Origin: the human T2T-CHM13v2.0 reference genome, Homo sapiens
NCBI RefSeq assembly: GCF_009914755.1
Contig: NC_060940.1
Reading direction: 5' to 3' (one strand)
DNA: 64,000 nucleotides
The translations under genes were made by a program, and so were the position numbers. Shown here piece by piece: positions 60,577 through 64,000 of the stretch. Within the stretch, counting starts at the first letter, position 1. Each line of letters starts with the position of its first letter. Below the pieces are notes generated by a model, which was given only the letters and a program-made list of their open reading frames with translations, had not been told where the DNA came from and made no database searches.

Positions 60577-60872
<296 letters not shown>

Positions 60873-60899
60873 CTATGAAATATATCAAACCCCACTGGA

Positions 60900-61195
<296 letters not shown>

Positions 61196-61229
61196 CCCAC
61201 TGGATAGGCAGAGCAAGTTTTACTGTATT

Positions 61230-62313
<1,084 letters not shown>

Positions 62314-62612
62314 TGATTTTTAGCATATTCACAGATATGTGTGACCATCACCACAATCTAACTTTAGATTATTTCAACTCCCTGAACCCTGACCACTTGA
62401 CAGTCATTCCCCATTCCTGCACCCTCCTCCCTGCCACCTACCTCCTCACCCCGACCCACAGCCCTAGGGAATTAGTAATTTACTTTCTATCTGTATGGAT
62501 TTCCCATTGCAGACACTTCCCACAAATGGAATTATGCAACATGTCATCTTTTGTGATAATCTTCTTTCTACATGTTTCCAAAATTCATCTATGTTGTAGC
62601 ATGTATCAGTAC

Positions 62613-63097
62613 TGATGCAGGGCAGGCAAGCCCCCAAATTGGGGTTTAGCAGAGGAGGATTCTTGGTTTTGTCTGGGAAATAATTCAAGGGTGAGCCGGT
62701 GGTGTTAGACAGCAGCTTTTATTGAAGCGACAGTGCACAGCAGCAGAGGTGCTGTTCCTTGTGGAGCGGGGCTACCCCGCAGGCCGTGTGCTCAGAGTAG
62801 CAGCTCAGAGGTGGGTCTGCACTCATAGTTACACCCACTTTTAATTGTATGCAAATTAAGGGGTAGATTATGCAGAAATTTGTAGGAAAATTTTGGTAAC
62901 TTTTGGGTCATTGGGTCGTTGCCATGGAAAGGGGTGGTAATTTCTGGCTATTGCCGTGGCAATGGTAAACTGAAATGCTGCACTGGTAGGCATGTCTTAT
63001 GGAGAACTGCTTCCACTCCATCTTTGTTTTAGCTAGTTCTCAATTTGGTCCAGTGTCCAAGAGCTGACTCTGGAGTCAAGTCCCACCTCCTACCTCA
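62613..63097 (-). mobile_element. ERV1 solo LTR (MER51/LTR19-like) inserted in an old L1M 3' end
   Basis: TG...CA termini, TSD gtac/gtat, AATAAA on the minus strand; L1M flanks at ~62255-62612 and ~63433-63815. Confidence 0.75.
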
Positions 63098-63107
63098 GTA
63101 TTTCATT

Positions 63108-63437
<330 letters not shown>

Positions 63438-63815
63438 TAATTTTTTCTTGTACGGATATATCATATTTTACTTATCCATTCATCGGTTGATGGATATTTA
63501 GGTTGTCAGTACATGAACATTTGTGTACAAGTTTTTTTTGTGTGTTGACATATGTTTCAGCTCTCTTGAGTATATCCTAAGGAATAGAATTGCTGGATTT
63601 TACAATAACTCTAGGTTTAACATTTTGAGGAACTGCCAAACTGTTTTCCAAAGTGGCTGCCCCACCAGCCATGTAATAAGCATTCTAATTTCTCCACATT
63701 CTTGTCAACACTTGTTATTGTCTGTCTTTTTACTGCAGCCACCCTAATATGTATGAAGACGTAGCTCATGGTTTTGATTTGTATTCCCCTGATGACTACT
63801 GATGTTGAAAATCTT

Positions 63816-64000
63816 GGCCAGGAGCGGTGGCTTATGTCTGTAATCCTAGCACTTTGGGAGGCTGAGGCGGGCGGATCACAAGGTCAGGAGATCGAGACCA
63901 TCCTGGCTAATGGTGAAACCCCATTTCTACCAAAAATACAAAAAAATTAGCCGGGCATGTTGGTGGGCGCCTGTAGTCCCAGCTACTCGGGAGGCTGAGG
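63816..64000 (+). mobile_element. AluY-like (runs off the window)
   Basis: gatcgagaccatcctggctaa...cctgtagtcccagctactcggg. Confidence 0.88.

Overview
Human (primate) genomic DNA with two very different parts. (1) About 1-54,640 is AT-rich and dense in L1 and LTR elements. It carries a minus-strand cluster of immunoglobulin heavy-chain V (IGHV) segments, and no D, J or C genes are visible. Left to right: an open IGHV3-11-like gene, a truncated IGHV(III), a truncated IGHV1, an IGHV(II) fragment, a frameshifted IGHV3-13-like gene, an IGHV(III) pseudogene and an IGHV1-14-like pseudogene. From my recollection of the germline sequences, this matches the IGHV3-11 to IGHV1-14 block and most likely the 16p11.2 orphon cluster (IGHV3OR16-17/-8 and IGHV3OR16-11); this was not verified by a database search. 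(2) About 54,640-64,000 switches abruptly to GC-rich, Alu-dense DNA that starts with a gene-less 3'UTR-like segment with a poly(A) signal, i.e. a segmental-duplication junction. The most notable feature is a ~885-bp array of ~45 head-to-tail 19/20-bp units, each a CTCF-motif variant, directly behind the canonical-heptamer RSS of a dead IGHV(III) pseudogene. Also seen: single RSS-proximal CTCF sites, two or three very decayed VH relics, an internal [V3-V(III)-V1] cassette duplication with reciprocal empty insertion sites, a full-length THE1 nested in a twin-primed L1, and a 93-bp templated insertion carrying an AP-1 site. Nearly all ORF-track entries are L1, Alu or LTR debris. Subfamily and gene names are from memory and need RepeatMasker/IMGT confirmation.
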